Shown here one piece after another: positions 28,172 to 39,066 of a stretch of 64,000 nt of DNA. Source of the stretch: a virus; IMG/VR virus record IMGVR_UViG_3300020048_000062, positions 34,938-98,937 of that record; one strand, given 5' to 3'. The translations under genes and the position numbers were made by a program. Under the pieces are notes generated by a model. That model worked only from the letters and a program-made list of their open reading frames with translations, was not told where the DNA came from and ran no database searches. Numbering within the stretch: the first letter of the stretch is position 1; every line of letters begins with the position of its first letter.

Positions 28172-31100
28172 ATGCCAAACATAAACGATACACCACCTTC
28201 AAGACTATCATTAAGTACAGCTGAATTGAGAAATGCAATGGAAGCTCGAAATTTGTATACACCAGATTCAGAGTATCCATTACAGAGCACACAGAATAGT
28301 GTGAAAGTCGTTAGCACAATAAACACAATTATTAGTGCACTTACTCCATTCAAGTCTTATAATCTTGAAGATACTGTTTATGGCAGACTTATTCAAGGTA
28401 ATGCTAATACTCCATTAGCTCAAATAGGAATTGCAATGTTGGGTAAACAAATGGCATTAAACTCCATGTCAAATGCTTTACAGCAATTGTTACCTGAAAT
28501 CAAGGTAACTAATTTATTTGATGGAAATCCAGAAACAAATTTATTTACTCCACATAAAGACTTTACAATTACCAAGGTTGAAGGTCAGAGTGATTTCAAA
28601 AGCTTTGTTCAGAAGGTAATTGGTACTAAGAATCCAAGTACAAATCCATTTAGTGAAACTTCAAGAAATTCTGACTTTCTTAAAAATAGTGGTAGTGGTC
28701 AGTTGGTGTTTATGTTAGACCAGCTAAATAAGAATGTTTATAAATCATCTGATATTACATTGAATCAAGTTGCAATTGACGTTAAAGACCCAATTCAACC
28801 AAGACGGAATTTAGTGTCTACCGATAACATGACTTTCTTTAATTTTGCTAATGAATATGAATATCCATTAATGAAACACTATCCTTCATCAAGGGCAGGT
28901 GTAGCAGCAGACCAATCAATGATTAATGCGTTAAATACTTCATTTAATGCAAATAAAGATGGTAAGAGTAATCAGGAATATGCACCAAATCAGGAATTTA
29001 TTGAAAACTTAGGTAATACTGTCCAGACGTATAAAACTTCGTCATTAGGGACTCAAAATGAATGGCTTAACAAAAGTGCAGTTGTTCCACTTATTTGGGG
29101 TGTTGATGGCATAGATAAGAATACTGCTGGTATATTAAGTGAGTATCGTGGAACATTTGGAATTAATGAGGTTAGTGAAGATACTGGATTTGAATCAAAT
29201 TTTGGCGTTGTTAATGGTGGTTTACTTCAATACACCAGAAATTTAGTACGTGCAACCGAAGGACAGATTGGTGACATTACCAGAAAAGCATTTAAAAAGG
29301 GTGATGAAATAATTGGCTTTAATGGTTCTTCACTATGGAAAGCTAATGATAGTAAATATGCACAATCACCAAAGTCTAACCAAGCAGGTAAGACAGGTGT
29401 TCGTCAACATACTGCATTAGACCCTTATAATAGATTTGCTAAAGCAATTAGGTTTGATGGTAATAATGTATATGGTGGAAATATTAATTCAGTTATCTAC
29501 AATAGCGTTATGCCACGTATTCACCCAACATTAAATAAGGCGAAAGACGGTGCAATTGTGGAGAATAAAAATTTAATGTTAAGTATTGAGAATCTTGCAA
29601 TTAAGGTGATTAGTAAAGATAATGTGGGAATTATTGATGATGAATACGGTTCAGAAATACCTGCATGTGAGGTCGGTCCTTTCAACGGACGTATCATGTG
29701 GTTTCCACCGTATGCTATGGAAATAAACGAAACCGCAACGGCAAAATATGAATCAACTGTTATGGTTGGTAGAAATGAGCCGATGTATAACTATCAAAAT
29801 TCTGAAAGAACTGCAACACTTAATTTCACATTACTTGTAGATTATCCACCTAATGTAAGAAACTATATGAATAGTGACACACCACAAAAAGATATGGCAG
29901 AATTTTTTGCATTTGGTGGTGATGAAGTTGGAGGGTCGCCAAATGTTACTAATTTAGAATTGCAATTAAGAAAATTAGAAGAAAAAAAAGCTTCTATTAC
30001 ACCTAACGAGATTCCAGATGCTTTTGATACACCAGTAGTTCCTTCAATAATGCGTGTTTATTTTCCAAATGACATGCCACACAGTAATGAAGTTGAAACA
30101 ATATTTGATGACATGTATAAAGGTGGATATGAAATAGACACTAAATTTAAAAACAAGTATGATGCACGTAATATGGGTTTAAATCAGTGGCTTTATACCA
30201 ATAAAAATGTTTTTGATGAATATGAAAGTGAGGGTATAAATTATTATAGATTTTATCCTAATGAACCGAATTTTTCACAATACGATACTATAGATACCAG
30301 TGATGCTTATGGGGGAAGTCAGCTAAATGCTATACTTAAAGATTTCTTTGATAATAAAAATTTGTGGGATTATTATGAAATTAACGTTGTTGGTCACTGT
30401 TCATCGCCAGCGGATATTAAATATAATGAGGCTTTAGGTCTGAGAAGGGCAAAAGCAACTGAACAATTAATTAGAAGTAAACTAAGTACACTATATGGAA
30501 TTGAAGGTCTTAATATTAAGATAAATACATTCAGTATTGGTGAACAAGATGCAAAGGCTGATACTGATGTTTCATCTATTGCTGCAAAAGAAAATAGATA
30601 CGCTAGAATTAATTTCATGAGAAATAGTAAGAAATATGTAAATCCTAATCCAAAGAAGGAATTACAATCCGATATTGATATGAGAAATCAGTTAGATAAG
30701 GAAATTGCAGCAATTACTACAAAGATTAATGCAGCTAAACTAGTTAATGTAAATAATAGTGCATCTTGTGTCATGAATGAAAGAACTGATGATGATACTG
30801 CTATATTACATGGATTTCAATCAATTGCGAAGAATTATTATTATCCCATATTTCATTCACAAACACCAGAAGATTTTCATAAAAGATTAACCTTCTTACA
30901 ACAATGTACAAGACAGGGTGCTGCAAAAGATTATGACTTTGTTAAGGATTCTAATGGTATATTGAGAGCTAGAAATTCTGTTTTTGGTCGACAACCAATT
31001 TGTATATTGAGGGTAGGTGACTTCTTCTACACTAAAGTAATTATTGAAAGTGTAAATATTGATTACACTGATACTACGTGGGATATGAACCCAGAAGGTT

Positions 31101-31417
31101 TTGGTATGCAACCAATGTTAGCTAAAGTTACGTTAAATATGAAGGTAATTGGTGGTCAATCACTTAAAGGACCGATTGATGCATTACAGAATGCTGTTTC
31201 TTTCAATTACTATGCAAATTCAAACTTTACTAATAAAGGTATGTATGTATTACCAGCAGCCATGGCATCAATGCAAAGTAGTTATAAAGCTGGTATTGAT
31301 GTTGAAGGTGGAAATAATTATGCAGCATCTTTAACATCAGCTGATAAGGCAGATAATGCAGCTACAGTGAAGAAATTTACTGAAAGAAATGAAAAATATA
31401 AAAATTCGTTAAAGTAA
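28172..31417 (+). CDS. Large baseplate/tail-initiator protein with an internal OmpA-like domain
   Basis: 1081 aa after the tape measure; VVGHCS......YN.ALG.RRA ... GE ... NR is the OmpA C-terminal signature; C-terminal PICILRVGDF..TK..I.S; GTATTTAT at 28148-28155. Confidence 0.7.
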   Translation: MPNINDTPPSRLSLSTAELRNAMEARNLYTPDSEYPLQSTQNSVKVVSTINTIISALTPFKSYNLEDTVYGRLIQGNANTPLAQIGIAMLGKQMALNSMSNALQQLLPEIKVTNLFDGNPETNLFTPHKDFTITKVEGQSDFKSFVQKVIGTKNPSTNPFSETSRNSDFLKNSGSGQLVFMLDQLNKNVYKSSDITLNQVAIDVKDPIQPRRNLVSTDNMTFFNFANEYEYPLMKHYPSSRAGVAADQSMINALNTSFNANKDGKSNQEYAPNQEFIENLGNTVQTYKTSSLGTQNEWLNKSAVVPLIWGVDGIDKNTAGILSEYRGTFGINEVSEDTGFESNFGVVNGGLLQYTRNLVRATEGQIGDITRKAFKKGDEIIGFNGSSLWKANDSKYAQSPKSNQAGKTGVRQHTALDPYNRFAKAIRFDGNNVYGGNINSVIYNSVMPRIHPTLNKAKDGAIVENKNLMLSIENLAIKVISKDNVGIIDDEYGSEIPACEVGPFNGRIMWFPPYAMEINETATAKYESTVMVGRNEPMYNYQNSERTATLNFTLLVDYPPNVRNYMNSDTPQKDMAEFFAFGGDEVGGSPNVTNLELQLRKLEEKKASITPNEIPDAFDTPVVPSIMRVYFPNDMPHSNEVETIFDDMYKGGYEIDTKFKNKYDARNMGLNQWLYTNKNVFDEYESEGINYYRFYPNEPNFSQYDTIDTSDAYGGSQLNAILKDFFDNKNLWDYYEINVVGHCSSPADIKYNEALGLRRAKATEQLIRSKLSTLYGIEGLNIKINTFSIGEQDAKADTDVSSIAAKENRYARINFMRNSKKYVNPNPKKELQSDIDMRNQLDKEIAAITTKINAAKLVNVNNSASCVMNERTDDDTAILHGFQSIAKNYYYPIFHSQTPEDFHKRLTFLQQCTRQGAAKDYDFVKDSNGILRARNSVFGRQPICILRVGDFFYTKVIIESVNIDYTDTTWDMNPEGFGMQPMLAKVTLNMKVIGGQSLKGPIDALQNAVSFNYYANSNFTNKGMYVLPAAMASMQSSYKAGIDVEGGNNYAASLTSADKADNAATVKKFTERNEKYKNSLK

Positions 31418-31425
31418 TATTAATT

Positions 31426-31740
31426 ATGCCACACCAAGACTACAAAAGATATGCCATATTAACAAATGATGATGGAACTACAAGTCCAATGCCATTTGTT
31501 GATATTCCAATTAATCCAAGTGATAAGTATGAAAATTGGAATACAGAATTCAATCGTTTAGATAAATTAGCTCAAAAATATTATGGAAATCCGTTTTATG
31601 ATTTCTTAATATTATATGCTAATAATATTTATTGTTCCGAATTTGATATACCTGATAATGCTTTAATTAGAATACCATTTCCACTTGCGAAAGCTAAGTC
31701 TGACTATGAAGCTATATTAACTGCGTTCAAAAAACAATAA
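31426..31740 (+). CDS. LysM-like baseplate wedge protein (gp53/gpX-like)
   Basis: RLDKLAQKYYGNP....LILYAN......IP....IRIP. Confidence 0.75.
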   Translation: MPHQDYKRYAILTNDDGTTSPMPFVDIPINPSDKYENWNTEFNRLDKLAQKYYGNPFYDFLILYANNIYCSEFDIPDNALIRIPFPLAKAKSDYEAILTAFKKQ

Positions 31741-31743
31741 CAC

Positions 31744-31774
31744 TTGCATTATTAATTAATAAGTTCTATATTTG
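31744..31774 (+). promoter_or_regulatory. Bacteroidota-type promoter of the glycosylation cluster
   Basis: TTG-N20-TATATTTG, 18 nt before the ATG at 31793. Confidence 0.7.
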
Positions 31775-31792
31775 TAGCCTTAAATAGTAGGC

Positions 31793-32482
31793 ATGAAAAA
31801 CAGAATCGCAGTTATTTTTTCTTCACATCTATCTGATGTGGAGAATCAGAAATTTACTAATCACATCCTTGAAACAATTGGTACTCCCAACGTAAGTGTG
31901 AGTTGTTATCATAACTTTAACACGAAAAGTCTTGCCGAAGTTTATAATTTAGGTATTAAAGAACACGATAATGAAAATACTATTATGGTGTTCTGTCACA
32001 ATGACATTCTTTTTAGAACGAAAAATTGGGGAAAAATGCTCCTTACTAAGTTCAACAGCTCAGATTTTGATATTATTGGTGTCGCTGGTACAACAGTACT
32101 TGCCGACAACGGTATATGGTGGTCAGACCGTAGTGCTATGTGTGGAGTTGTTGAACATACTGATGGTCAAAGGGTTTGGGTAAATGAATATGCTACACCA
32201 AAGGCTGGCTACACAAAACCAGTTGTATTGGTTGATGGTTTATTTATTGCAGCAGACTGTAGCAAAATTGTGCATGGGTGGGATGAAGAATTAAAAGGAT
32301 TTCACCTTTACGACTTAGGATTCTGTGTGCCGAATTATTTAGATGGTTGTGAAATTGGTGTCACAACTGACATAAGAATACTTCATCAATCTATTGGTAT
32401 GACAAATGACCAATGGGAAACTAACCGAAAACAATTCGTTGAGAAATATAAAGACGAGTTACCAATAATCTATCAAGCATGA
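31793..32482 (+). CDS. Glycosyltransferase, GT2-like
   Basis: SLAEVYNLG, VFCHND, DIIGVAG, VDGLFIA, FHLYD. Confidence 0.85.
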   Translation: MKNRIAVIFSSHLSDVENQKFTNHILETIGTPNVSVSCYHNFNTKSLAEVYNLGIKEHDNENTIMVFCHNDILFRTKNWGKMLLTKFNSSDFDIIGVAGTTVLADNGIWWSDRSAMCGVVEHTDGQRVWVNEYATPKAGYTKPVVLVDGLFIAADCSKIVHGWDEELKGFHLYDLGFCVPNYLDGCEIGVTTDIRILHQSIGMTNDQWETNRKQFVEKYKDELPIIYQA

Positions 32483-33114
32483 TATCAGTAGACAAAGAAG
32501 AAGATGGCACGTTACCAGTAAGTGTAATTGTACCATTAAGTAAAAACAGAAGAGAATTTTTCGAAAACATGGTGCTACCGATGCTCGGAGCTAATAACGT
32601 TAATGAAATCATCGTCAATGATGATGAAGGTTCTGCACCAAAGAAGCGTAATGCTGGATTTAAGAAAGCAACACAGCCATTTATTATGTTCTGTGATGAT
32701 GATATCATATTGCCAGCAAATTACATTGAATCGGCATATAATTTATTAAAGAAAAACCCAGATGTTGCTTTTGTATATTCTGGGTATCATGGTATTGTAC
32801 TACATCCAGAATCTCACCCAATGCATGGAAATTTTGAGATTCCTAACATTGAGTTTGATAAACAGGCGTTAAGATATGGTAATTACATATCAACAATGAC
32901 ATTAATGCGTAGAGAAGTGTTTCCATTGTTTGATGAAACATTGAAAAGGCTGCAAGATTGGGATTTGTTTTTAACTATAGTTAAAAACGGATGGAAGGGT
33001 ATGCTTATACCTGATCAAACTTTTTACGCATTTTATTTGGATAATGGTATAACTTCCAATAATAATAGTGAAATTGATGCAATTAATGCAATTAGAAATA
33101 AACATGGTTTCTAA
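32479..33114 (+). CDS. Glycosyltransferase family 2
   Basis: VSVIVP, KRNAG...A..PFIMFCDDD, FDE.L.RLQDWDLFL. Confidence 0.9.
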   Translation: MISVDKEEDGTLPVSVIVPLSKNRREFFENMVLPMLGANNVNEIIVNDDEGSAPKKRNAGFKKATQPFIMFCDDDIILPANYIESAYNLLKKNPDVAFVYSGYHGIVLHPESHPMHGNFEIPNIEFDKQALRYGNYISTMTLMRREVFPLFDETLKRLQDWDLFLTIVKNGWKGMLIPDQTFYAFYLDNGITSNNNSEIDAINAIRNKHGF

Positions 33115-34072
33115 AGGTATTAATTATATGAAAAGGAGTAAAATTGAGAATAAAAAAAGAATTGAAAAAAGACACGAAAAGTTAGTGTTTTTAGATGAAA
33201 ATATATTTAGTATGAATATAGACAGGGATAAACGAAGATTGTACAGTGATAACCCAACACCATTAAACACAGTTGGATTAACACGTAATGAAAGACGAAC
33301 AGGAATATTATTAGATAAAACACCTATTGTTCTGCGCACGTTTATTAAAAAAAATGTTGTTGATTATGATGTTGTAATATGTATTCCATCACACAATCGA
33401 TTTGATAAGGTAAGAAGATTAATCAATCAATTTAAAGATCAAGAGACTAAATATACGTTTAAAATTATATTATTGAATGATGGTTCGAGTGATGATTCAT
33501 ACAATAAATTAATGAATGAGTTTAATGATATAACATACTTGGTAAATGAGAAACCAAATGGTAAAATATTGCATTGGTATTGTTATAATCAAATGTGGGA
33601 GCATTTGAAAGATATTCAATGTCATGCCATATTACAAATGGACGATGATTTTATACTTAGTAATAATTTTTTAAACACAATTGTTGATCTATTTTTTGAA
33701 ATGAAAGAAAAAAACGGTAATTTTATGGCAATTTCACCACATCTGTGGTCGTTTAAGATTAATACCGAATATGAGGATTGGTGGAAACGGACTAATTTTA
33801 TTGATGGAATTGGATTAATAGATGAAGAGGTTATTAAATATATGAATTATGAAATGCAACCTGTTGATGCCGAAGCAGTTCAAAAGGTCGGAGCACCTGT
33901 TAGAGCATGGACACAAATAGGTGCTGTTATTCAAAAAATGGGTGGTATGATTTATAGAACCGCAAATTCGTTGGTATATCATGATGGAAATGATGATTCA
34001 AAATTACACGGTGATATTAGAATAAATGGAAAAGCAGGTGTTTACACACAAAAATACGTTGGAGAATTATGA
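33068..34072 (+). CDS. Glycosyltransferase family 2
   Basis: VICIPSHNR, LLNDGSSD, LQMDDDF; true start probably a downstream Met. Confidence 0.85.
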   Translation: MKLMQLMQLEINMVSKGINYMKRSKIENKKRIEKRHEKLVFLDENIFSMNIDRDKRRLYSDNPTPLNTVGLTRNERRTGILLDKTPIVLRTFIKKNVVDYDVVICIPSHNRFDKVRRLINQFKDQETKYTFKIILLNDGSSDDSYNKLMNEFNDITYLVNEKPNGKILHWYCYNQMWEHLKDIQCHAILQMDDDFILSNNFLNTIVDLFFEMKEKNGNFMAISPHLWSFKINTEYEDWWKRTNFIDGIGLIDEEVIKYMNYEMQPVDAEAVQKVGAPVRAWTQIGAVIQKMGGMIYRTANSLVYHDGNDDSKLHGDIRINGKAGVYTQKYVGEL

Positions 34073-34806
34073 TAAGTGTTATTTTAAATGTTTACAAGAG
34101 ACAACATACACTTGAAAGACAAATTGAAGCAATAAAGAATCAATCTGTTTTAGTTAAGTCAGAAGATATTCATGTTTGGTATAACAAAAGTGATGTTTCA
34201 CAGTTTAAACCAAAAGATGAAGCGATTAAAACATATACTGCTAACTGGAATACTAAGTTTTTTGGTAGATTCACAATTCCATTGATGTTGACAACTAAAT
34301 ATATTGCAGTATTCGATGATGATACTATTCCACAAAAAGATTGGTTGAAGAATTGCTTAGAAACAATCGAGAATCCAAATACAAATGGAATTTTAGGAGG
34401 TAGTGGCGTTATTCTTAAAGCCAAAAATTACTTACCTTTTGATAAGGTTGGTTGGAATGCACAACATCTTGACGTTGCAAAACGTGTGGATTTGGTTGGA
34501 CATGCATGGTTCTTTAGGCAGGAATGGGCAAAATATCTATGGTATGAAAAACCATACACTTGGAATAATGGTGAAGATATTATGTTTTCATACCTTGCAC
34601 AGAAATACGGTGGAATTAATACATTTGTACCGCCACATCCTGAAAGCAAAAAAAACTTATGGAGTTCAGACTTTAAAGTTGGTAATGAAATTGGAAATGA
34701 TGCAAGCGCATCATGGCTGAAAGGTTCACACATGATAGAAAGAAATGAAACTTGTATTCATTGTATTGATAATGGTTGGGACACAGTAAATAAAATAAAG
34801 AAATGA
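34069..34806 (+). CDS. GT-A fold glycosyltransferase
   Basis: ISVILNVYKR, IAVFDDDTIP, GEDIMFS. Confidence 0.85.
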   Translation: MISVILNVYKRQHTLERQIEAIKNQSVLVKSEDIHVWYNKSDVSQFKPKDEAIKTYTANWNTKFFGRFTIPLMLTTKYIAVFDDDTIPQKDWLKNCLETIENPNTNGILGGSGVILKAKNYLPFDKVGWNAQHLDVAKRVDLVGHAWFFRQEWAKYLWYEKPYTWNNGEDIMFSYLAQKYGGINTFVPPHPESKKNLWSSDFKVGNEIGNDASASWLKGSHMIERNETCIHCIDNGWDTVNKIKK

Positions 34807-35531
34807 AAACGTTTGACGGTGATTTCACCAAATTCTTAAATATGATTAAATCTGGCGAACACTTTTCGTTGTCTCGTTGGGGTGATGGTGAATTAATGAT
34901 ACTCGAAGGCAAGCCAATTGATATTCGTTCAAAAGGTAATGGTGAATTTAGATATAACCCCAATTTATCTCAATATGATTTAGTTCGAAATAAATTAAAA
35001 GAAGCTTACATTTATAATGATGATAATTATTATATAGGTATAGCTTGTCCGTGTTGTGTGGGTCAAGAGAAATACAAATATATGAAAATGATGTCACTTC
35101 AAGACGAAGAACATCTTACATGGGCAAACATATTTGTTAATGCTAATTACAGAAGAACAGTTAACGAGTTAATTCCAGAACTCTCAAATCACAGCGTTAC
35201 AATAGTGGTTAATAAGAATGCAAAAATCGACAATCTACCGTTCAAACCTACAAATGTTTTGCGTGTTGGAACAGATGCATGGCTTAATGATTATAAAATG
35301 ATTGAAGAAAAAATTGGTCGAATGATTGGTAATGAAGGAATTGAAAACGAAATATTTCTTTTTGCAGCAGGACCGCTTGCTAACATCCTAACACATAGCA
35401 TGTGGAAATATCACAGCAAGAAAAATACATACATCGATATTGGCTCAATATTAGACCCTTATCTTAAATTAAAACTAACAAGAGGCTATCACTTAGGTGC
35501 GCCCACATTAAATAAAGTATGCACATGGTAA
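34803..35531 (+). CDS. GT-D fold / DUF1792-like glycosyltransferase
   Basis: FSLSRWGDGE, LFAAGPLA, YIDIGS..D. Confidence 0.7.
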   Translation: MKTFDGDFTKFLNMIKSGEHFSLSRWGDGELMILEGKPIDIRSKGNGEFRYNPNLSQYDLVRNKLKEAYIYNDDNYYIGIACPCCVGQEKYKYMKMMSLQDEEHLTWANIFVNANYRRTVNELIPELSNHSVTIVVNKNAKIDNLPFKPTNVLRVGTDAWLNDYKMIEEKIGRMIGNEGIENEIFLFAAGPLANILTHSMWKYHSKKNTYIDIGSILDPYLKLKLTRGYHLGAPTLNKVCTW

Positions 35532-36088
35532 TTCCTAAACATAATTATACGCTTAGAGAAAAAAGTGTAATAAATCTTCTTAGCGAGAATGTATTAGTTG
35601 TTGAAAAGATTAGAACATTCTTAAATGTTGGATTTCATGGATGGAAAGACGATAGAGCACATTGGTGGATTAAATTTTGCAATGAAAACGGTATTGATTG
35701 GAAAATACTTGAAATATTTGAACAAAATATTGTTAATGCAATTTCTGATGGATGTCCAGTAGATAAAATAGTCTTAGGCGATATATTAAATACTGAAACA
35801 TATGAAACTGTGGATTGTTTAATGTTTTGGCACGGTCCTGAGCATATTTTGAAAGATGAATTTCTTTCTAAATTACCTGAAATCGAAAGAAAGGTAAATA
35901 AATTAATTATATTTGGTATGCCATTGGGATATGAGCCACAACATACTGTTTATGGTAATATACATGAAAATCACCTATCTGAGTGGCATAGTATTGATTG
36001 GAGAAATCTTGGATATACTGTGACAGAAGTACACGATAGATTAATACATCAACATTTAACTGCATATAAAATATTGAACAATGAATAA
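35519..36088 (+). CDS. Putative SAM-dependent methyltransferase-like protein
   Basis: FLNVG, LEIF, GDI, D.....HGPEH, IIFGMP. Confidence 0.55.
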   Translation: MHMVIPKHNYTLREKSVINLLSENVLVVEKIRTFLNVGFHGWKDDRAHWWIKFCNENGIDWKILEIFEQNIVNAISDGCPVDKIVLGDILNTETYETVDCLMFWHGPEHILKDEFLSKLPEIERKVNKLIIFGMPLGYEPQHTVYGNIHENHLSEWHSIDWRNLGYTVTEVHDRLIHQHLTAYKILNNE

Positions 36089-36674
36089 ATTTAAGGTAAT
36101 TGATTTTAGATTTGCGAAAGCAACTGATACACACGATGATAAATATAGTCAAGCTGGTGCTTGGTCAAGGTTATTTGAATACCCCTACGTAATTGATTTT
36201 ATTAAAATGCATAAGCTTAAGGATTTTAGTATTCCTGAAATCCACAATACATCTTGGGGTTTTGAAGGTATACATGTTACATTTAGGGACGATTTAGACT
36301 TACTCGGCACTGCAATACATTCTGATATTCGTAATTCAGAATTTAGGGAAACCTATTATTATGACATTACTGAGGAAAATAAAGAATTTGAAAAGAAATT
36401 TGATTTCGTTGTTAATGTATCAACAATTGAACATCTTGATACAGCTAACAATAGATTAACTGCGATAAAAAACTTAATGAAACAAGTGAAGGTTGGTGGA
36501 TATCTTATATTAACATTTGACTATCCAAGGGTTAATCTAAACGAGATTGAAACATTGGTTGGTGTAAAATGTAAAGTACCTGAGAATGCATTAAATGGTG
36601 CTAACTCTATCAATCCAAACCAAGCATATAAAGACTTAAATATAGTATACCTAACACTAAGAAACGATGAATAA
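36081..36674 (+). CDS. Putative methyltransferase-like protein
   Basis: SR.FEYP, FDFVVNVSTIEH, KVGGYLILT. Confidence 0.65.
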   Translation: MNKFKVIDFRFAKATDTHDDKYSQAGAWSRLFEYPYVIDFIKMHKLKDFSIPEIHNTSWGFEGIHVTFRDDLDLLGTAIHSDIRNSEFRETYYYDITEENKEFEKKFDFVVNVSTIEHLDTANNRLTAIKNLMKQVKVGGYLILTFDYPRVNLNEIETLVGVKCKVPENALNGANSINPNQAYKDLNIVYLTLRNDE

Positions 36675-37227
36675 TTTTTGGGAAGAAAGATACAAAGCTG
36701 GTGGCAATTCGGGTGCTGGCTCATATGGCGAATACGCTGAACATAAAGCCGAAGTAATAAATAACTATATTGAAAAATTTGACATAGGAACAATCTCCGA
36801 TTTTGGATGTGGTGATGGAAATCAAACAACCTTACTTAAAGGATTTAACGCTTATACTGGATTCGATATATCTCCATATGTTATAGAGATTTGTCGCAGG
36901 AAATTCAAGGATAATGCGAGCGTTAATTTCTGTACAGTAATGTCAGAGTTACCAGAATCCGACATGTGTATATCATTAGACGTACTTTATCACATACTAG
37001 ATGAAAAGGATTATAATGACTACTTAACATTACTCTTTTCGAAGTCAAAGAAGTATGTTTTAATATTTTCATCGAATCATGCCAGAAATCCAGAAGGTGC
37101 TTCGCATATATTTCACCGTAAATTTACTGATTGGGTTGAAGAAAATGCTAAAGACTTTAAATTAATTGAAGAAACGAGCAACATGCTCCAAACTTCCGCA
37201 CAATTCTTTTTATACGAAAAAATATGA
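36667..37227 (+). CDS. Class I SAM-dependent methyltransferase
   Basis: FWEERY..GGNSG.GS, DFGCGDG, YTGFDIS, SLDVLYH. Confidence 0.88.
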   Translation: MNNFWEERYKAGGNSGAGSYGEYAEHKAEVINNYIEKFDIGTISDFGCGDGNQTTLLKGFNAYTGFDISPYVIEICRRKFKDNASVNFCTVMSELPESDMCISLDVLYHILDEKDYNDYLTLLFSKSKKYVLIFSSNHARNPEGASHIFHRKFTDWVEENAKDFKLIEETSNMLQTSAQFFLYEKI

Positions 37228-37271
37228 TACTTTTATTGTATACAACGAGTATTTATAATAAATGAAATAAT

Positions 37272-38057
37272 ATGGGATGTGTTTATAAAATAATTAATAG
37301 TGTTAATGATAAAATATATGTTGGTCAAACAACGATGAAGTTAGTTAGAAGACTATATTTTCATCAAAAAAATCTTACAGGCAAAAGTATAATAACCAAA
37401 GCAATTAATAAACACGGTATTGAAAATTTTAGTATTGTGATTATTGAAGAAATGGGTAATGAATTACTTAATGAAAGAGAAATATATTGGATTAAAACAT
37501 TAAATAGTAAAATTCCTAATGGATATAATTTAACTGATGGCGGTAGTGGTGTTTCAGGCTATAAACATAGTGAAGAACATTGTAGGAATCTTTCAATTAG
37601 TTCAATGGGATGTAATAATAATTTTTATGATAAAAAACACACATCTGACGCTAAATTGATTATTGGATTAAAAGGAAAAAATAGAATACCTTGGAATAAA
37701 GGTAAAAAAATGAGTGTAATTTCTAAAAATAAGCTAAAAGATAAGATTACTGAAAAGTGGAAGAATGGCGATTATTTAAATAGAAACATTAATTATAATG
37801 ATGAAAATAGAGTTAAGAAAATTTCTGATAAATTAAAGGGTAAGAAGCCTAGTTTTGAAATTATTGAAAAAAGAAAAATGGGCATTAATAAAAGATATGA
37901 AGAAAATGGTAAGTCTTGGGGAGTATCCGATATGGAAATAATTGCTAGTAATTATCAAATTTTAAGTGATAAGGAAATGCAAATTATTTTCTTTCCCAAT
38001 AGAACCTATAATTCAGTAAGAAGTATGAGAAATAAAATGAATTTAAAACGAAAATAA
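37272..38057 (+). CDS. Free-standing GIY-YIG homing endonuclease (NUMOD3)
   Basis: GCVYKI.N..NDKIYVGQT, EIYWI, GYNLTDGG, HSEE, PWNKGKK; GTATTTAT at 37249-37256. Confidence 0.9.
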   Translation: MGCVYKIINSVNDKIYVGQTTMKLVRRLYFHQKNLTGKSIITKAINKHGIENFSIVIIEEMGNELLNEREIYWIKTLNSKIPNGYNLTDGGSGVSGYKHSEEHCRNLSISSMGCNNNFYDKKHTSDAKLIIGLKGKNRIPWNKGKKMSVISKNKLKDKITEKWKNGDYLNRNINYNDENRVKKISDKLKGKKPSFEIIEKRKMGINKRYEENGKSWGVSDMEIIASNYQILSDKEMQIIFFPNRTYNSVRSMRNKMNLKRK

Positions 38058-38058
38058 T

Positions 38059-39066
38059 ATGTGTTTACTTTTGGCATACGGAACTCGACCCGAATACATT
38101 AAGCTCAAATCATTGATTCATGAGCTAGATATGAACAACTATCCATATAAATTGCTTTTCACTGGTCAACACAGTGATATTGCAGCATTTCCTTATGATT
38201 ACTGTATTAGTATCACTAATCTGGGTTTCAATAGGTTAGATATGATTGTTCAATCAATTATGGATAAATTTACTTTTTTTAACAAAGAAAATGATATTAC
38301 ACATGTATTGGTTCAAGGCGATACTACTTCGGCATTTGCCGTAGCATTGTCAGCATTTCATCACGGCATTAAGGTTATTCACCTTGAAGCAGGCTTACGC
38401 ACATATGATAAGAAGAATCCATATCCAGAAGAAGTAAACCGTAGACTTATTTCTGAAATTGCTGACATTCATTTGTGTCCAACTAAACAATCAATGATTA
38501 ACTTAAGAAATGAGGAAGCACAGGGTGAAATATTTGTTGTAGGCAATACAGTAATTGATAATCTATTACCGTATAAGGACATGTGTGAGTATAGTTATAA
38601 GATATTAGTTACCATGCACAGGCGTGAAAATCATGAAAGAATGTCTGAATGGTTTACTGAAATTAATAAGCTGGCTATTGAATACCCAGAGTTTGAGTTC
38701 ATATTACCACTACACCCAAACCCAAACGTACAAAAACATAAAGATTTACTCACACACGTAAATATTATTGACCCACTACCATATGAAAAAATGCTTGAAC
38801 TTTTAGTTAAGGTTAGATTAGTCATTACTGATAGTGGTGGATTACAAGAAGAATGTAGTTTCTTCAACAAAAAATGTTTGGTTTGTAGAACAATCACAGA
38901 AAGACCAGAATCAATTGAGCGTAGTTCGTGGCTTGTTAAAAGTCCAGATATGTTATCAAGTATGTTCTTTGACCAATATGATACATATGACATTGATTTC
39001 ATATGTCCATTTGGTGATGGTCATGCAGCAGAAAAAATAATGACAATAATTAAAGCAAGTGTATGA
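38059..39066 (+). CDS. wecB: UDP-N-acetylglucosamine 2-epimerase (non-hydrolysing)
   Basis: GTRPEYIK, TGQH, VQGDT, HLEAGLR, PEEVNR, TMHRREN, TDSGGLQEE, TERPE, PFGDG. Confidence 0.95.
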   Translation: MCLLLAYGTRPEYIKLKSLIHELDMNNYPYKLLFTGQHSDIAAFPYDYCISITNLGFNRLDMIVQSIMDKFTFFNKENDITHVLVQGDTTSAFAVALSAFHHGIKVIHLEAGLRTYDKKNPYPEEVNRRLISEIADIHLCPTKQSMINLRNEEAQGEIFVVGNTVIDNLLPYKDMCEYSYKILVTMHRRENHERMSEWFTEINKLAIEYPEFEFILPLHPNPNVQKHKDLLTHVNIIDPLPYEKMLELLVKVRLVITDSGGLQEECSFFNKKCLVCRTITERPESIERSSWLVKSPDMLSSMFFDQYDTYDIDFICPFGDGHAAEKIMTIIKASV

